In this document: one piece after another, positions 61,417-64,000 of the stretch
Layout of the letters: each line of letters opens with the position of its first letter
How positions within the stretch are numbered: the first letter of the stretch is position 1
NCBI RefSeq assembly: GCF_030265065.1
Contig: NC_080408.1
Location: 22,791,480 to 22,855,479 of the forward strand
Source: Corythoichthys intestinalis
Taxonomy: Eukaryota
Direction: 5' to 3'
DNA length: 64,000 nucleotides
Made by a program: the position numbers and the translations under genes
The notes under the pieces: generated by a model
What the model was told of the DNA's origin: nothing
The model's input: only the letters and a program-made list of their open reading frames with translations
Databases searched by the model: none

Positions 61417-62786
61417 GTAAGTGACCTCCAGGGTTTAAAATGCCGAAATGAAACCATCATAAAATACAGAAATGAAAATTCTTGACTGAAACCGAAAACT
61501 AAAACCAATTATTTTTCAAACTATATATTTTTAAGAATAATGGGTTTCAATCTCAGGGGCAGTTTACATGGTGATGCCGCGATACCATGACGGAGCGATT
61601 GAGTTGCGGAATGGCCTCGCCCATAGACTTATTAATGTAATTGACGGGACATTTGCCGCGGGGCCGATAAATCGGGGGGCCTGAATTGTTGGCGAGGCTG
61701 TCAAAGCTGACAGTGGAATCACAAAGAGCTTTTTATCGTTGAAAATTCACATGAATAAATGCTTAAATCTCTGAATTCTTTATATGGACATAAAACAGTC
61801 CCAATTCTTGGTTAAAAGAAGAAAAAAACGTGAAGGTGGCATTTATTTTACGTAAATATGTTGAATGTGAGGCTCGTCTATAAGTTCACTGTAGCGCTAC
61901 CTTACCACAAGTCCACAACAAAGAGCTTTTTACATAGGAAATTCTTGTGAATAAATGCTTAAATCCCTGAATTCTTCATAGATATGGATGTAAAACAGTC
62001 TTGATTCTTGGTTAAAAGCAACAACAAAAAAAACGTGCAGGTAGCATTTTATGTAAATATGGCAAACTATGATGCCAATGCCTTAGCGGCTAATTTCTCC
62101 ATTTTTTTTTTCCACAACGTTTCAAAATGCATGCATGGTACCAAAAATGTAATAATTACCTTGAATCCTCGAACACATCACTCCTGAGACAATCCTTCCT
62201 GTTCTTATGTGGTACAGCTTTCATACTTTTGAACCGAAATCCACCGTTAGTTCACTGCTTGTATGTGTTTGTGAATAGCTCCTCTTGATGTGGCCGGCCC
62301 CTTGCTTGAAGGAGTTGCACAGTGCATGGACGAGCTGACCCGTCAATAATGATGTCTATGTCTCGCCTTGTCACGGTGATGGCGAAAACTGAAGGCGAAG
62401 ACGCAAACTTTTTATTCCAGCCTCCAAATTGGAAGGATTCGATCGCGGTGCTTGCTCCAGAACCATATAAATGGAATGCTCTCGCTCCGACTACATCAGC
62501 ACTCGCACATGTAACTTTGGCCGTGCGCAGTCGCTGCTAGTAAATATTTAAAATAGCAAACATGGTGGAATGTCAGCTTTAATTAAATGTTTTTATTATA
62601 TTTTTAATTAAATTTTATGTTCGCTTTTTTGTGCCTTTTGACAACTTTTGGTTTCGATACAATTATTTTGATGAAAAAAGTATGGCGAGCAAAGCCACAG
62701 TTCCAGTCACATTTTGGCCACCTCACCGCATCACTACTTAAAATACATTTTCACTCTGTAGAAAAAATTGGAACACTCTGCCTTAG

Positions 62787-62940
62787 CAAGGAATTAATAA
62801 AGTGTCGATCTCTTTGTGCCAGTTACCCGTGCGAGTGGGGGGGTTTGGTGGATGGCAAACCCTACCTGAAGAACTTGGAGTATTTTGCCAAAGCAGTGCT
62901 TGACGATCTCTGGGAGGCCGTTGTCAAGCAATTCGTCAAC
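62787..62940 (+). CDS. tep1: tep1 exon (GKELIKCRSLCASYPCEWGGLVDGKPYLKNLEYFAKAVLDDLWEAVVKQFVN)
   Basis: Acceptor ctctgccttag, donor aac|gtaagc. The YPCEWGG motif is identical to recalled human TEP1. Confidence 0.88.
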
Positions 62941-63006
62941 GTAAGCAGTTGGATGGCATCCTGGCATCCGACCTGCCAAAACAAGCATCTCATTTTATTC
63001 CCTCAG

Positions 63007-63201
63007 CACGACGAGAAGGATGAGCCCAATGCAGATGGCGTGATCATAGAACAAGAAGTTCACCAGGAGGCTCTGCAGCAGCAGTTCCTCAGCAGAGCTA
63101 GGCTCCTGTTGGCAGCAGTGGAGATGGTGGAACAGTCACAAGCCAAAGGAGGGACTTTGTTGGTTGAGGGAGGGCCTGGCCAGGGCAAGACAGTTTTCAT
63201 G
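63007..63201 (+). CDS. tep1: tep1 exon with the NACHT P-loop (HDEKDEPNADGVIIEQEVHQEALQQQFLSRARLLLAAVEMVEQSQAKGGTLLVEGGPGQGKTVFM); the gene continues past the window end
   Basis: Acceptor ttattccctcag, donor atg|gtaaac. The GPGQGKT Walker A motif matches recalled human LVTGQSGQGKTAFL. Confidence 0.9.
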
Positions 63202-64000
63202 GTAAACCACTCCTTTCAAAACTTGGCTTCATTTTTATTTTTATTACAATTTGGCTTTTCAAAAGTACATCTTCAAAGAAATATTTTGTTGGAAAAGTTA
63301 GACGGTGTTATTTTTAGCAGCTCTTCATTTTTGTCTTGGTCTTTTGGACAAAAGTACTTATTAGTCTGTTACATTTTACTCATTTCAAAATGTACTCGTC
63401 TCAGTCTAGTTTTAGTTGACAAAATCTCATACAAATTTTAAGTCGACAGTTACTCAAAATATTTTTGTCTGTACAATTCAAAGGTTTTAGTCCAAAAATA
63501 AATAATGGTTTCCAACAGTTTCGAATAAACAGACAGATGAGCACATATTGTAGCGTCTACTATGACAATGTGAACTTTGTGATGAAAATACAGGAAAAGC
63601 AGAACATTATTTTCAATTAAACCCACCGAGAGGCCACGAACTCTGTTTGGGGGAAAAAATGTTGTCCGGGAGTTTAAAAGGATGCTCTCCACTCTAAAGT
63701 TGATGCTAATAGTAACGGGAATGCTATGTTAACGCGACGGGTTGCATTCAGCGTCTGATAGTCACTCAGCACCAGTGTTGTTAATCTTACTTTGAAAGAA
63801 GTAATTAATTACAGTTACAAATTACTTCTCCCAAAAAGTAATTAAGTTAGTATTTCAGTTACGCAAATGTAAGAGTAACTAGTTACTTGGCAAAGTAACT
63901 GTTGCTACCCCCGGTAACTATGTGAAATTCAAAGGGTTTTTGGGACAGTTCGCCCTAGCCCAATTCTTTACCCTTAACTTATCTAGACACATGGGTATTG

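Overview
This window is vertebrate (teleost fish) nuclear DNA. It is spliced, intron-rich, full of Tc1/hAT/LINE repeats, and has no operon-like organisation; no prokaryotic-style system is present. Two protein-coding genes can be reconstructed exon by exon from the sequence. (1) tep1 (telomerase/vault-associated protein 1), plus strand, about 32.3 kb to beyond 63.2 kb, 21 coding exons mapped with consistent splice phases. They encode the TROVE module, a DUF4062-type segment and the NACHT P-loop, and the gene continues past the window end. (2) A ZNRF1/ZNRF2-family RING E3 ligase gene on the minus strand. Exon 1 (26589..26061) carries an N-myristoylation motif; the UBZ-like finger exon is 12156..12061; the RING exon is 11984..11879, separated by a 76-nt intron; the terminal exon is 7224..7167. 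Intron 1 is about 13.9 kb and is packed with transposons. Between the two genes lies a CCAAT-rich divergent promoter (three CCAAT boxes plus a TATA-like box). A candidate Ser/Leu-rich first coding exon (27980..28410) may be the tep1 N-terminus. The rest is mobile DNA: three Tc1-like elements (one with a nested insertion) plus a solo inverted-repeat fragment, a near-full-length CR1/L2-like LINE with two ORF breaks, an L2 3' fragment, an L1 3' fragment, several hAT-like elements with 8-bp target-site duplications (one encodes a BED finger), TA- and TTAA-flanked MITEs, and nested insertions. Unusual structures are: an inverted pair of 540-bp arms, each with a degraded THAP-domain ORF, flanking a 230-bp tandem array; a roughly 1.3-kb near-perfect palindrome inside a tep1 intron; and a 28S-rRNA-derived fragment carried inside a hAT-like insertion. 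Coordinates come from manual splice-site and frame tracing; nothing was searched against a database.
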